Shown here piece after piece: positions 10,222 through 19,392 of a stretch of DNA of 64,000 nt. Position 1 is the first letter of the stretch. The number at the start of each line of letters is the position of its first letter. Source of the DNA: Candidatus Micrarchaeota archaeon (GTDB lineage Archaea > Micrarchaeota > Micrarchaeia > Anstonellales > Anstonellaceae); NCBI GenBank assembly GCA_026413765.1, contig JAOAKI010000004.1:33513-97512 (forward strand), read 5' to 3'. A model generated the notes under the pieces. That model was not told where the DNA came from. It made no database searches and worked only from the letters and a program-made list of their open reading frames with translations. Position numbers and translations under genes: made by a program.

Positions 10222-11328
10222 TCATATCACTATTTTGCCTCTCTGGGCGATCAGAAGCGAGTTTCCAGTCTGGTAGTGCGCATAGACAGTTGCGGTTATT
10301 GGGGTCTTTTCAGTGTACACGTAATCGACATGGACTGACGCAGAAACTTTACCAACCATGCTTTCTGCTGACCCAAAATGGTCGTTTCTGCCGTAAGCCA
10401 CGTGCGGTCCGGCTTTTTCCCTCTCAACTATCGGGACCTCCTGCTCGCCTCGGGCATTTTCATTTATTCCAAAGCCGATTTCGGCTATGTTGGCTGCCGC
10501 CTTTTCTTTTGCTATGTTTTCAATAACTCTTCTTGCCTCAGTGCAATCGCCTTCAACCTTCACTATCCTGTTTTCGTTTACATGCAAGAAAGCAACCCTC
10601 TCATCTTCAATTGAATAAATCGGCAGTATGCCTGCTGTGTTGGATTTGCCAAATAGCATCCTGCCCTTTGGGCTTATTCCCTCATAAGGCGCGCTGAACA
10701 CTTCTCCTGAAGGCAAGTTTATCACCTGGCCCGCCTCTCTGCATACGCCAGCATCAACAATCCAATTGTTTGCTCTTGTATCAATATGCAGCTTTGTGCC
10801 TCTCGGTATTCTTTTTCCGTCAAAAATCAATTCAAAGCCTATGGCATGGCGGATGCATGAAAGGAGCCTCTCTGCCCGTTTTGCCATCCTCTCATAATCC
10901 ACAAGCATTGCAGCCTCCATCTCTTTTCTGAATCCTGGCATAGAAATGCATCTGAGGCTTTCTGCCTCTTTTGCTAGGTTCTTGAGCGGCGCAGTTGCAG
11001 AATACTTGTTTATCGCAACCACAACATTGCAGCTTTTTATCAATTCTTTCAAGTCATTCACATGGCCTCCGTCTATCGTCTCTGCGCTTGGCGGCAAGTC
11101 CGCATTGTGCTTTCCCGTCGGCTCATAAAGAACAATCGGCAAAAGCCGGCAGCTCCTTTTTTTGCACAGCTCCTCCATTGCTTGGCAATATTCAATCAGA
11201 AGCGCTCTCCCTTCGTGTTCTTCCTTTGCCTTGCCAACGAAATCGCTAATGAAGAGTATTCTTTCTCCTTTTTTTGGCGCTATGCAAAATTCAAACAACC
11301 TTGTGATTTTTTGGGCTGGCAGGCTCAT
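10222..11328 (-). CDS. M29-like (thermophilic aminopeptidase family) metallopeptidase
   Basis: NLPSGEVFSAP, NIAEIGFGIN, EREKAGPHVAYG, HVD metal-binding motifs. Confidence 0.75.
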   Translation of the reverse strand: MSLPAQKITRLFEFCIAPKKGERILFISDFVGKAKEEHEGRALLIEYCQAMEELCKKRSCRLLPIVLYEPTGKHNADLPPSAETIDGGHVNDLKELIKSCNVVVAINKYSATAPLKNLAKEAESLRCISMPGFRKEMEAAMLVDYERMAKRAERLLSCIRHAIGFELIFDGKRIPRGTKLHIDTRANNWIVDAGVCREAGQVINLPSGEVFSAPYEGISPKGRMLFGKSNTAGILPIYSIEDERVAFLHVNENRIVKVEGDCTEARRVIENIAKEKAAANIAEIGFGINENARGEQEVPIVEREKAGPHVAYGRNDHFGSAESMVGKVSASVHVDYVYTEKTPITATVYAHYQTGNSLLIAQRGKIVI

Positions 11329-11441
11329 ATGCTGTTTTTGCAGTGAAAGCTTTATCTTTCTCTCTGCTAAGTAGGTGCTTATATAAATCTATCTATTTCT
11401 ATATATATCAGTTTTTTTATATATTGCTCTAATGTGATCGC

Positions 11442-11780
11442 ATGGAAAAAGCAATCAAACGGGTTAGAACAATCCATCCAGAAATGACTCACAAAGCCTA
11501 TTTGTTTCTTTTATGGCTGATTTCAAAAAAGAGGCTCCATGGATACGAGATGATAAAGCTCTTGGAGAAAGAAGGGATTGGAAGCATGGGTGCAAGCAGG
11601 CTATACCCAATGCTCAACCAAATGCTAAAAAGAGGCTGGATAAGGCAAGTTGAGACAAAAATTGGGAAAAGGAAAAGAAAAGCGTACGAGATAACTTCAG
11701 ACGGATCAAAAACTCTTCAAGAAGGAAAGAAGCTCTTTCGCGGCATATTGGGAGAATTTATAAGAGAGATGTTGTCATGA
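11442..11780 (+). CDS. PadR family transcriptional regulator
   Basis: LHGYEMIK...RLYPMLNQM...RKAYEITSDG. Confidence 0.92.
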   Translation: MEKAIKRVRTIHPEMTHKAYLFLLWLISKKRLHGYEMIKLLEKEGIGSMGASRLYPMLNQMLKRGWIRQVETKIGKRKRKAYEITSDGSKTLQEGKKLFRGILGEFIREMLS

Positions 11781-12460
11781 GCGGCCAAAATGTTTTGTTG
11801 AGGTTAGAAAACGTTACGAAAGTCTATGACATGGGCGAGACTAAAGTCTATGCCCTCTCGAATGTCAACCTTTCCATCAAAAAGGGGGAGTTTTCCGCTA
11901 TTTTGGGCCCTTCTGGCTCAGGAAAAAGCACTCTGCTTCACATCTTGGGTCTGTTGGATGAGCCGACTTCTGGCAAAGTCTACCTTGACGGCATTGATGT
12001 CCAGACGCTAAGCGAGAAGCAGAGGGCAATGCTGCGGGGCAAAAAAATCGGCTTCGTCTTTCAAATGTTCAATCTCATCCCCTCTTTGACGGTCCTACAA
12101 AACGTCACTCTTCCTGCGATCATCTACGAGACTTCACCTGCAAAAGCAGAGGCTGCAGCGATCCAAATCTTGAAATCTATTGACATGGGCGACCGGCTTT
12201 TCCACTATCCAAACCAGCTTTCAGGCGGGCAAAGGCAGAGAGTGGCAATCGCAAGGGCGCTGATAAACGAGCCCGACATAATTTTTGCAGACGAGCCCAC
12301 CGGCAACCTTGACAGCAAAACAGGCCAAGAAGTCCTCAAGCTTTTCGAAGAGCTCAATCGCAATGGCAAAACAATTGTTATCGTTACTCATGATCTTGCC
12401 GTTGCAAAGATTACCAATCGGATAATCCGTGTAGCGGATGGTAAGATAATCAAATCATAG
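11777..12460 (+). CDS. ABC transporter ATP-binding protein (LolD/MacB type)
   Basis: [33 protein letters not shown]. Confidence 0.96.
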   Translation: MSGQNVLLRLENVTKVYDMGETKVYALSNVNLSIKKGEFSAILGPSGSGKSTLLHILGLLDEPTSGKVYLDGIDVQTLSEKQRAMLRGKKIGFVFQMFNLIPSLTVLQNVTLPAIIYETSPAKAEAAAIQILKSIDMGDRLFHYPNQLSGGQRQRVAIARALINEPDIIFADEPTGNLDSKTGQEVLKLFEELNRNGKTIVIVTHDLAVAKITNRIIRVADGKIIKS

Positions 12461-12472
12461 GAGGTGTGTTTT

Positions 12473-13945
12473 ATGACAAAACTGCTGTTGTGCGGACTGT
12501 TGTTGGCAATCCTTTTTGTGGGGATTGCTTCATCTGCCTTATATATAGATTCATATAGCGTGGTTCCAGAAGTTTTGGTGCCGGGGCAAGAAGGCGCCAT
12601 CACGTTTGCAATCAAAAATGTCATTCCACCTGGATCAACTTCGACAGCCCAGCTGGAAGATGTGCAAGTGTTTTTTGCGGCTCCGAAAGGACTGACCTAC
12701 AAGTCACAAAGCCCATTCATTGTAGGGTCAATACCTGTTGGAGGTTCCGCACTAGTCTCTATCCCATTTAAGGTTAATCCGGACGCCAAAGGAGGGGCAA
12801 TTACTGCGCCATTCTTTGTTTCAATGAAAGAAGAAAAAGAGCTCAAGACCCTCAACGTCGTCATCCGTGTCAGCAATCCAGCCATCCTTTCGCTTTCGTC
12901 AGACAAGCAAACAATCGCATCAACCGAAACGATCAACCTGACAATCTTAAACGATGGAGGAGTTGCAACGCGCGCAACACTCAAAATAGACCAAAGCAGC
13001 AAATTCTCGCTCCTTGGCAAAACCACAATCTATCTTGGTGAAATCAAAGATAAGCTTGTGGTGGAGGTCCCAATTGACGCAAGGAAAGCAGATGAGGGCG
13101 TCAGCAGCATACCTTTCATCATAACCTATATTGACGAGGCGGGCAACACACTCACCGAGACAAAGATGTTGCCGATTGCAATCAAGAAAGAGAAGGCAGA
13201 CGTTGTCTTCACTCAGCTTTCATCAGTCATTGCCGCAAAGAGCAACAAGCTTGTGCTGTCGGTTAAGAATACTGGCCGCCCGCTGGAAGACTTCAAGGTT
13301 TTTCTTGAGGACCAAAACATAAAGTCTAAAGAGTCAAATCAGGTACGCTTGGGTAGCCTTGCCGCGGGCCAAGAAAAAGAATTTTCGTTTGAGGTCTTTG
13401 CAGATGTGCAGCCAGGCGTGCACCAGGCAGCGATGCGCTTGAGGTGGGTAGAAGATGATGTTGAGAAAGAGCAGACAATCTCGATTCCGATTGTGGTGCA
13501 GTCTGATGCAAAGACAGCCATCTTTGTCGATGCAAAGCCAGCTCCACTCACAGTGGGAGGCGAGCACACTCTCTCAATTCTTGTTTCAAATATAGGCTCA
13601 TACAAGATAAACAACGTTGAGGTTCTTTTGAATGCAAGCGAAGCATTCGATGTGCTCAATGCGCAGGCAAGCCAATATATTGGGGGATTGGAAGCAGATG
13701 ATTTTTCAACTGTGCAATACAAGGTGCGTGTCAGGGCCAAGCAAGCAGGAACTTATCCGATTTTGGTTAACGTGAAATACAAAGACCAGTCTGGTCAATG
13801 GATCAATGACAATAGTCGAATCGACCTTCTGGTCCGCGGCGTTGAAGAAAGCAAGGGACAAAACAACCTTCTTTTTGTCGGAGCTGGCGCAATAGTCCTG
13901 ATAGGGGCGGCGCTCTACTGGTTCAAGTTCCGCAAGAAGAAGTGA
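12473..13945 (+). CDS. COG1361-type S-layer/Ig-like domain membrane-anchored protein
   Basis: Signal peptide, repeated beta-rich Ig-like units (YIGGLEADDFSTVQY), C-terminal TM plus KKK; typical partner of archaeal MacB-type ABC systems. Confidence 0.8.
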   Translation: MTKLLLCGLLLAILFVGIASSALYIDSYSVVPEVLVPGQEGAITFAIKNVIPPGSTSTAQLEDVQVFFAAPKGLTYKSQSPFIVGSIPVGGSALVSIPFKVNPDAKGGAITAPFFVSMKEEKELKTLNVVIRVSNPAILSLSSDKQTIASTETINLTILNDGGVATRATLKIDQSSKFSLLGKTTIYLGEIKDKLVVEVPIDARKADEGVSSIPFIITYIDEAGNTLTETKMLPIAIKKEKADVVFTQLSSVIAAKSNKLVLSVKNTGRPLEDFKVFLEDQNIKSKESNQVRLGSLAAGQEKEFSFEVFADVQPGVHQAAMRLRWVEDDVEKEQTISIPIVVQSDAKTAIFVDAKPAPLTVGGEHTLSILVSNIGSYKINNVEVLLNASEAFDVLNAQASQYIGGLEADDFSTVQYKVRVRAKQAGTYPILVNVKYKDQSGQWINDNSRIDLLVRGVEESKGQNNLLFVGAGAIVLIGAALYWFKFRKKK

Positions 13946-13957
13946 GGAGGAAGCGCA

Positions 13958-15181
13958 ATGAAGCTTGCAGATGTTTTAGCCTATTCGTTCATGAATTTGC
14001 GGCATCGCAAGCTTCGCTCAGCGCTAACCATACTTGGCATCGTCATCGGCATTTGCGCAGTCGTGTCGCTTGTGACATTTGGGAAAGGGTTCCAAGAAGA
14101 GGTAAACAAGCAGCTGGGGGCATTGGGCGGGCGGACGATTTTTGTCAGCCCTGTAGCCTCAGTCGGAACTGCGTCAGCATTCCGTGCGGGCGCAGCACCT
14201 TCCTCCGGCAAGCTTTACCAAAAAGACTATGAGCGACTCAAGAAAATTGCAGAAATTGAAGAGATTGCAAGACTTCTCATGGGCAGGACGAGCCTGAAAT
14301 TCAAGGATAAGGAAATAAGCGGGATGGTGTTTGGGATTGAGCCTGGAGTTTTTGAAAAGACTACTGCCATTGAAATAGAGACGGGGCGGTTTCTCCTTCC
14401 TTCAGATAGGAAGGTCGCAGTGATTGGGAACACAATATCAGAATCTGCTTTCGGACAGAACAACAAAGTCGGGCTAAATTCTTACATTGAAATAAGCGGG
14501 CAAAAATTCCGCGTCATTGGAATCATGAAAAAAAGCGGAAATGCATTCAGCGGAGGGCGAGTTGATTCAGCGATATACATACCGTTTGAGGATGCGCGGC
14601 AGCTTTTCAGGTCGACTTTCAAAGAGGGCGAGATTGGCGCGATGGCGGTCTTGATTAGGGAAGGAGCTGATGCCGAAGAAGTAAGCGAGAAAATGCGGGC
14701 AGAGCTTGACGCAAGCAGAAAAGTAAAGCCTGACGAGCGCGACTATTCAGTGGTCAACCCAAAAACTATCCAGGATGCGATAAACCAGGTTTTGGGGCTT
14801 GTGACTCTCTTTGTCGGCACAATAGCGGGCATATCGCTTGTCGTTGGCGGGCTTGCGATTGCAAGCTCAATGTTTACGGCAGTTGTTGAGCGAACGAAAG
14901 AGATCGGGATTCTCAAATCTATCGGCGCAACGCAAGAGGACATTATGAGGATTTTCATTTTCGAGGCAGGAATCTTAGGCGGAATTGGCGGCCTTATTGG
15001 GGTGCTGGTTGCATTTGGAATTGTCTATTTGGCAAACTCTTTCGGTGTTCCTTCTCAGATTGATTTGTTTGTTGGCTTATTTGGGGTTTCATTTGCGTTT
15101 CTGGTTGGAGTGCTTGCTGGGCTCGTTCCTGCAAGAAATGCGGCAAAGCTCAGCCCAGTCGAGGCTTTGCGTTATGATTAG
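13958..15181 (+). CDS. ABC transporter permease (MacB/FtsX family)
   Basis: RKLRSALTILGIVIGI, ERTKEIGILKSIGA, PARNAAKLSPVEALRY. Confidence 0.95.
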   Translation: MKLADVLAYSFMNLRHRKLRSALTILGIVIGICAVVSLVTFGKGFQEEVNKQLGALGGRTIFVSPVASVGTASAFRAGAAPSSGKLYQKDYERLKKIAEIEEIARLLMGRTSLKFKDKEISGMVFGIEPGVFEKTTAIEIETGRFLLPSDRKVAVIGNTISESAFGQNNKVGLNSYIEISGQKFRVIGIMKKSGNAFSGGRVDSAIYIPFEDARQLFRSTFKEGEIGAMAVLIREGADAEEVSEKMRAELDASRKVKPDERDYSVVNPKTIQDAINQVLGLVTLFVGTIAGISLVVGGLAIASSMFTAVVERTKEIGILKSIGATQEDIMRIFIFEAGILGGIGGLIGVLVAFGIVYLANSFGVPSQIDLFVGLFGVSFAFLVGVLAGLVPARNAAKLSPVEALRYD

Positions 15182-15189
15182 GTGGCTTG

Positions 15190-16413
15190 ATGAGATTCAT
15201 TGACATTATTTATTATTCCCTGAATAACATTCAGCACAGCCAGGGGCGCTCTTGGCTTACAATACTTGGCATCATTATAGGGATTTGTGCAGTCGTGTCG
15301 CTTCTGAGCATCGGCCAAGGCTTTTCAGATTCAATCAACGCTGAGCTCAAAAAGCTCTCTTTTGACGTCATCTATATCCTCCCAATCTCAGAAGAGCGCC
15401 TCTCAAGTGGAAGCATCTCTGCAGGCGCACTTTCCCTTTTTTCCGGCAAGCTTACCGATAACGATGTCGAGAGGCTCAAGAGGGTCCCGCAAATCGCAGA
15501 CATTTCAAGAATAATTGAAAGAAGGGCAAGCGTGACTTTCAAAGACAAGACAATCACTGCGCTGATAAATGGCATCGAGCCAGGTGTTTTCGAAAAAACA
15601 ACGAACATAGGGCTTGCAGAAGGCAGGTTCTTGCTGGAAAGCGACCGGCGGGTTGCAGTCATAGGAAATTCGGTCTCAGAAGAGCTGTTTAAGCCAAAGC
15701 AAGTAGATGTCGGCAGTTTTCTTGAAATCAACGGGGTAAAATTTCGTGTCATTGGCATCATCCAAAAAAGCGGCAGCACTTTTGGTGCAGAGCTTGACAA
15801 TGCCATCCTAATCCCCTTTGAAGAAGCAAGAGAAATCTTCAAGGAAATCGTAGGACCAAACGAGATGGACGTGATCGCTGTCACCCTCAAAAGCGGCGAA
15901 AGCGCAGATCTTGCAGAAGAGGCAATCAAAGCAGAATTGGATGCAGGCAGGAAAGTCAAGCCATCTGAGCGCGACTATTCAGTCATCACTCCAAAAACCA
16001 TTCTGAATTCGGTAAACCAAGTGCTGGGGCTTGTCACTTTATTCTTGGGGGCAATAGCCGCAATTTCGCTTTTGGTGGGCGGCATATCGATAATGAACAA
16101 CATGTTCACCGCTGTGCTCCAGCGGACAAGGGAGATAGGGACTCTCAAGGCAATCGGCGCTACCGACAGTGAAATCTTGAAAATTTTTATTTTTGAAGCC
16201 GGATTGATAGGTGCGGTAGGTGGAATGGTTGGTGCTCTCCTTTCGCTTGTTCTTGTCTATATTGGCACCTTTTTTGGCCTTCCTGCCTCATTCGATCCAT
16301 TGCTTCCAGTTTTTGGCATTCTCTTTGCATTTTTCGTTGGCATCATTTCTGGATTCCTGCCTGCTCTCCGTGCGTCCAGACTGAGCCCGATAGAGGCGCT
16401 TCGCTACGAATAG
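15190..16413 (+). CDS. ABC transporter permease (MacB/FtsX family), tandem paralog
   Basis: RSWLTILGIIIGI, QRTREIGTLKAIGA, PIEALRYE. Confidence 0.95.
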   Translation: MRFIDIIYYSLNNIQHSQGRSWLTILGIIIGICAVVSLLSIGQGFSDSINAELKKLSFDVIYILPISEERLSSGSISAGALSLFSGKLTDNDVERLKRVPQIADISRIIERRASVTFKDKTITALINGIEPGVFEKTTNIGLAEGRFLLESDRRVAVIGNSVSEELFKPKQVDVGSFLEINGVKFRVIGIIQKSGSTFGAELDNAILIPFEEAREIFKEIVGPNEMDVIAVTLKSGESADLAEEAIKAELDAGRKVKPSERDYSVITPKTILNSVNQVLGLVTLFLGAIAAISLLVGGISIMNNMFTAVLQRTREIGTLKAIGATDSEILKIFIFEAGLIGAVGGMVGALLSLVLVYIGTFFGLPASFDPLLPVFGILFAFFVGIISGFLPALRASRLSPIEALRYE

Positions 16414-16447
16414 TTTTTAATTAAGTGCTTTTCATTTTTAGTTTTGT

Positions 16448-16596
16448 GCAGGGGTAGCCAAGTCTGGTCAAAGGCGCAGGACTCAGATTGGGCATCACAT
16501 CCCACAGGGGAAATCCTGTCGGTCAGCCGTTCGTGGGTTCAAAAGCTTGTGCTGTGATTTTTCCGCAGCTATAAGCTGGCATTCCCTCCCCCTGCA
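16448..16596 (+). tRNA. tRNA-Leu(CAG) with two introns (16488-16512 at 37/38; 16544-16582 at 59/60)
   Basis: Acceptor GCAGGGG/CCCCTGC+A; anticodon stem CAGGA/TCCTG with CT-CAG-A; long variable arm; removing the second intron restores T-loop TTCAAAT. Confidence 0.88.
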
Positions 16597-16599
16597 CTA

Positions 16600-16784
16600 C
16601 CCTAGGGGGCACTAAACTGACACAAGCTTCCCCCTAAGGGTTCACCCCCGAACGCAAAACCTAAAGATTTTTTAGCACCAGCTTATCACCAGCTTCCTCC
16701 TGAGGGCTCACTCCCTAGGGGGCACTAAACTGACACAAGCTTCCCCCTAAGGGTTCACCCCCGAACGCAAAACCTAAAGATTTT
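16600..16784. repeat. Two identical 72-bp direct repeats (16600-16671, 16713-16784) with a third degenerate sub-copy between them
   Basis: CCCTAGGGGGCACTAAACTGACACAAGCTTCCCCCTAAGGGTTCACCCCCGAACGCAAAACCTAAAGATTTT occurs twice, period 113 bp. Confidence 0.95.
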
Positions 16785-16843
16785 AGAACAAAGATCTGCT
16801 GTGCTTTCTTTGGCATGTTGAAAAAGCAGAATCTCTGAGTTTG

Positions 16844-18091
16844 CTATGCCTTGTCTACTTTTTGAAAGAACGGAGATCTTTTTCGGTAGTCTTTTGGCAT
16901 GGCATCAAAGACGTTGCAGTAGTCATCGGGAATGTCGCTTTTTGCCGGTTCGCCAAACACTTCGTTTGCTGTTTCGATGAATTTGTCGAAATCCTCTCTT
17001 GGGTTAGTAAAATAAATTATATCTGGAACTTTGCTTACATAAACTTGCACGCCTTTTTCTTTCAGTTTGGAAAAAAATTCAACTAATTTTTGCTTCACTT
17101 TTTCATTTTTTATTCCGTTGATGTCACAGAATGCCGTTGCGTTCTCTTCTGCTGTCAGTGGTATATCTTTTATTACTGTTTCTTTCAAGATATCAAGCAT
17201 GCTTTTTGCATTGTAAGAAAAAATATCTAATTTAATTTTATTTTTTTTCATCCAAGTTATTATCCACGGGCCAAGCACAAATGCAGAATATTCTCTTTTG
17301 GCTATATTAAATGGAAGAAGATCATCGCCTCTTCCTTCTAAGAATCCCTCCCAAAGCTTTTCTATATTATGAAAAAAATTTCTGACACCAAGATAGTAGA
17401 ATTCAATGTGTTCCTTTTTTATCGGCAAAGAGTAATTAGTTTGAGTGTACATCGTAGCAAATTCGCTTGTTTGGACATTTTTACCAAGCCTGCTAAGATC
17501 TCTATAGAGGCGAAGAAAGTCACTGTCATTTTTTGGGCTCTGATTTATTATCGGCATGGAATGCGTCGCTTCATGTATGCCTATGTTGACTCCAAATATG
17601 AAAGCGTCAATCTTCCCTATCTTTTTCGGCATAATTTGGTTTCGGTTTATTTCAAGAAGAAAAGGGAAGTATTCGGTTCCGCTGGCTCCGCCCGTGAAAA
17701 GCCAATCCTCTGCCATTGCCAGCACGCTAAGCGGTGGAAAATACATCTCTTCTATTTTCCCATATTGCGACGCAATGTATCTTGACCCGCAATAAAAGCC
17801 GATAATCATTGCAATCTCTTTTTCGCTCAAATTTTTCGTATTTATCTTTATCCTTCCCTCGGCGTAGTCTTTTTTAATCTGCTGCAATAGCCATTTTTCA
17901 TTTTTTTCAAGCCATGAAACAAATTTCTCAACTCTTTCTATTTTGTGGCCACTGTAATACTTCTTGATGTCATTTTTGAACTCTTCTGACAAGCTCTTGA
18001 CTCTATTGATATAGAGCCAAAAACTGTCGAATTGCATATCCATACTAACTTTAGTTTTGTCTGCCACTGCGCCGTATTTTGGTAATTCCAT
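16844..18091 (-). CDS. Hypothetical protein with HExxH motif (possible zincin metallopeptidase)
   Basis: 415-aa ORF; NIGIHEATHSMP and a downstream SEFA; visibly AT-rich. Confidence 0.55.
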   Translation of the reverse strand: MELPKYGAVADKTKVSMDMQFDSFWLYINRVKSLSEEFKNDIKKYYSGHKIERVEKFVSWLEKNEKWLLQQIKKDYAEGRIKINTKNLSEKEIAMIIGFYCGSRYIASQYGKIEEMYFPPLSVLAMAEDWLFTGGASGTEYFPFLLEINRNQIMPKKIGKIDAFIFGVNIGIHEATHSMPIINQSPKNDSDFLRLYRDLSRLGKNVQTSEFATMYTQTNYSLPIKKEHIEFYYLGVRNFFHNIEKLWEGFLEGRGDDLLPFNIAKREYSAFVLGPWIITWMKKNKIKLDIFSYNAKSMLDILKETVIKDIPLTAEENATAFCDINGIKNEKVKQKLVEFFSKLKEKGVQVYVSKVPDIIYFTNPREDFDKFIETANEVFGEPAKSDIPDDYCNVFDAMPKDYRKRSPFFQKVDKA

Positions 18092-18102
18092 CTTTTTTCA
18101 CC

Positions 18103-19332
18103 TTATTTACGATTTTTGTGCCTTTTTTTATATTTTTCTCCACATGGTCGATCATTCCTGCTCGAAATCAGCAACAGTGTTCCGCAAATGCCAATTGTTG
18201 CTGAAAACATAAACCCTGCTTGAAAATCAAACAATGCCCAAAGAATCCCAATCGCAAAGCTTGATGCGAAGTCCCCAACCCCATTCAATGTGGAAAGGAG
18301 ACCCAGCCCAAGCCCCATCCTTTTTTTGCCTGCAAGCTCAGATGCAATCGCGCTCTCAAGGCTGTCTTCTGCGGCGATGAATATTCCTGCTAGCGCAAAA
18401 AGGATGGCATAAATCAGAAAGTCTGGAGGTGCAATTATGAATCCTATATAAGTCAGCACTGCAATCGCGTATCCTGCCGCCAACATCTTTTTTTTGCCGA
18501 ATCTGTCTCCGGCCAGCCCAAAAGGATAGGAAGCGGCCGCATACGCAATATTTCTTATTGTGTAAAGCGCGACTGCTGCGGCAGCTGCTTCTGCAGCTCC
18601 CAGGACTGGGGCAAGCCTTGCCACAGCAAATGCAACAAGCAAGGTATGGGAAAAGTCGGCAAGCCCAAAAACAAAAACAGCAGTTGAAAATTTCTTGAAT
18701 CTATCAGGCAGCTTTGAAATCGAGGAAAGGAGCCCAATCCTTTCTTTTTTTGTTACTACCTTCTCTTCCCTGACAAGCAGCACAAAAGCCAAGAGCGCAA
18801 AAATTGCAGGAATCAAAGCAAGAAGGAATATCTGGCGCATTGTGAAAATCCCGCCCCAAAGCAGCGCAAGCGCTATTACAGGACCGATGATGGCACCAAG
18901 CGTGTCTCCTGCTCTGTGAAGCCCAAACGCCTTTCCCAAATCTTTTTTCTCAACCGAGGCTGCAAGCAGAGCATCTCGTGGGGGGCCCCTTATGCCTCTG
19001 CCAAGCCAGCCAAAAGCCCTTCCAAAAAGAACAGCCTGCCAAGAGGAGGCAAGCGCTATTATCGCAGGAAATACTGCAGTTGCACAATATCCTGCGGTTG
19101 CAATAAGCTTCCTTTTGCCTGTCTTGTCCGAATAATAGCCTGCGAAAACCTTCGCGAAACTTGAAATTCCGTCGCTTATGCCTTCAATTACCCCCAGTAT
19201 GTAAGTGGGAGCTCCAATCGAAAGCAAAAATGACGGAAGCAAAGCGGTGACTGCCTCGTGGCTTGCATCAGAAAGAAAGCTAGTGATTCCTGCCCCTGCC
19301 ACCGTGCTGTTGAGCCAGCCTTTTTTTTGCAT
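18103..19332 (-). CDS. MFS transporter
   Basis: SFLSDASHE, GYYSDKTGKRK, GRGIRGPPRDAL, AFGLHRAGDTLGA; about 12 TM segments. Confidence 0.93.
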   Translation of the reverse strand: MQKKGWLNSTVAGAGITSFLSDASHEAVTALLPSFLLSIGAPTYILGVIEGISDGISSFAKVFAGYYSDKTGKRKLIATAGYCATAVFPAIIALASSWQAVLFGRAFGWLGRGIRGPPRDALLAASVEKKDLGKAFGLHRAGDTLGAIIGPVIALALLWGGIFTMRQIFLLALIPAIFALLAFVLLVREEKVVTKKERIGLLSSISKLPDRFKKFSTAVFVFGLADFSHTLLVAFAVARLAPVLGAAEAAAAAVALYTIRNIAYAAASYPFGLAGDRFGKKKMLAAGYAIAVLTYIGFIIAPPDFLIYAILFALAGIFIAAEDSLESAIASELAGKKRMGLGLGLLSTLNGVGDFASSFAIGILWALFDFQAGFMFSATIGICGTLLLISSRNDRPCGEKYKKRHKNRK

Positions 19333-19392
19333 GACGTTTTGGCACCCAAAAAGCTTATATTTCATCGATTAAAATACATTGCGAGGTGTAGA

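Noticed and set aside
16600-16784. Mini CRISPR array
   Set aside because: Only three core copies, at unequal spacing; the would-be spacers are themselves duplicated; no cas genes nearby
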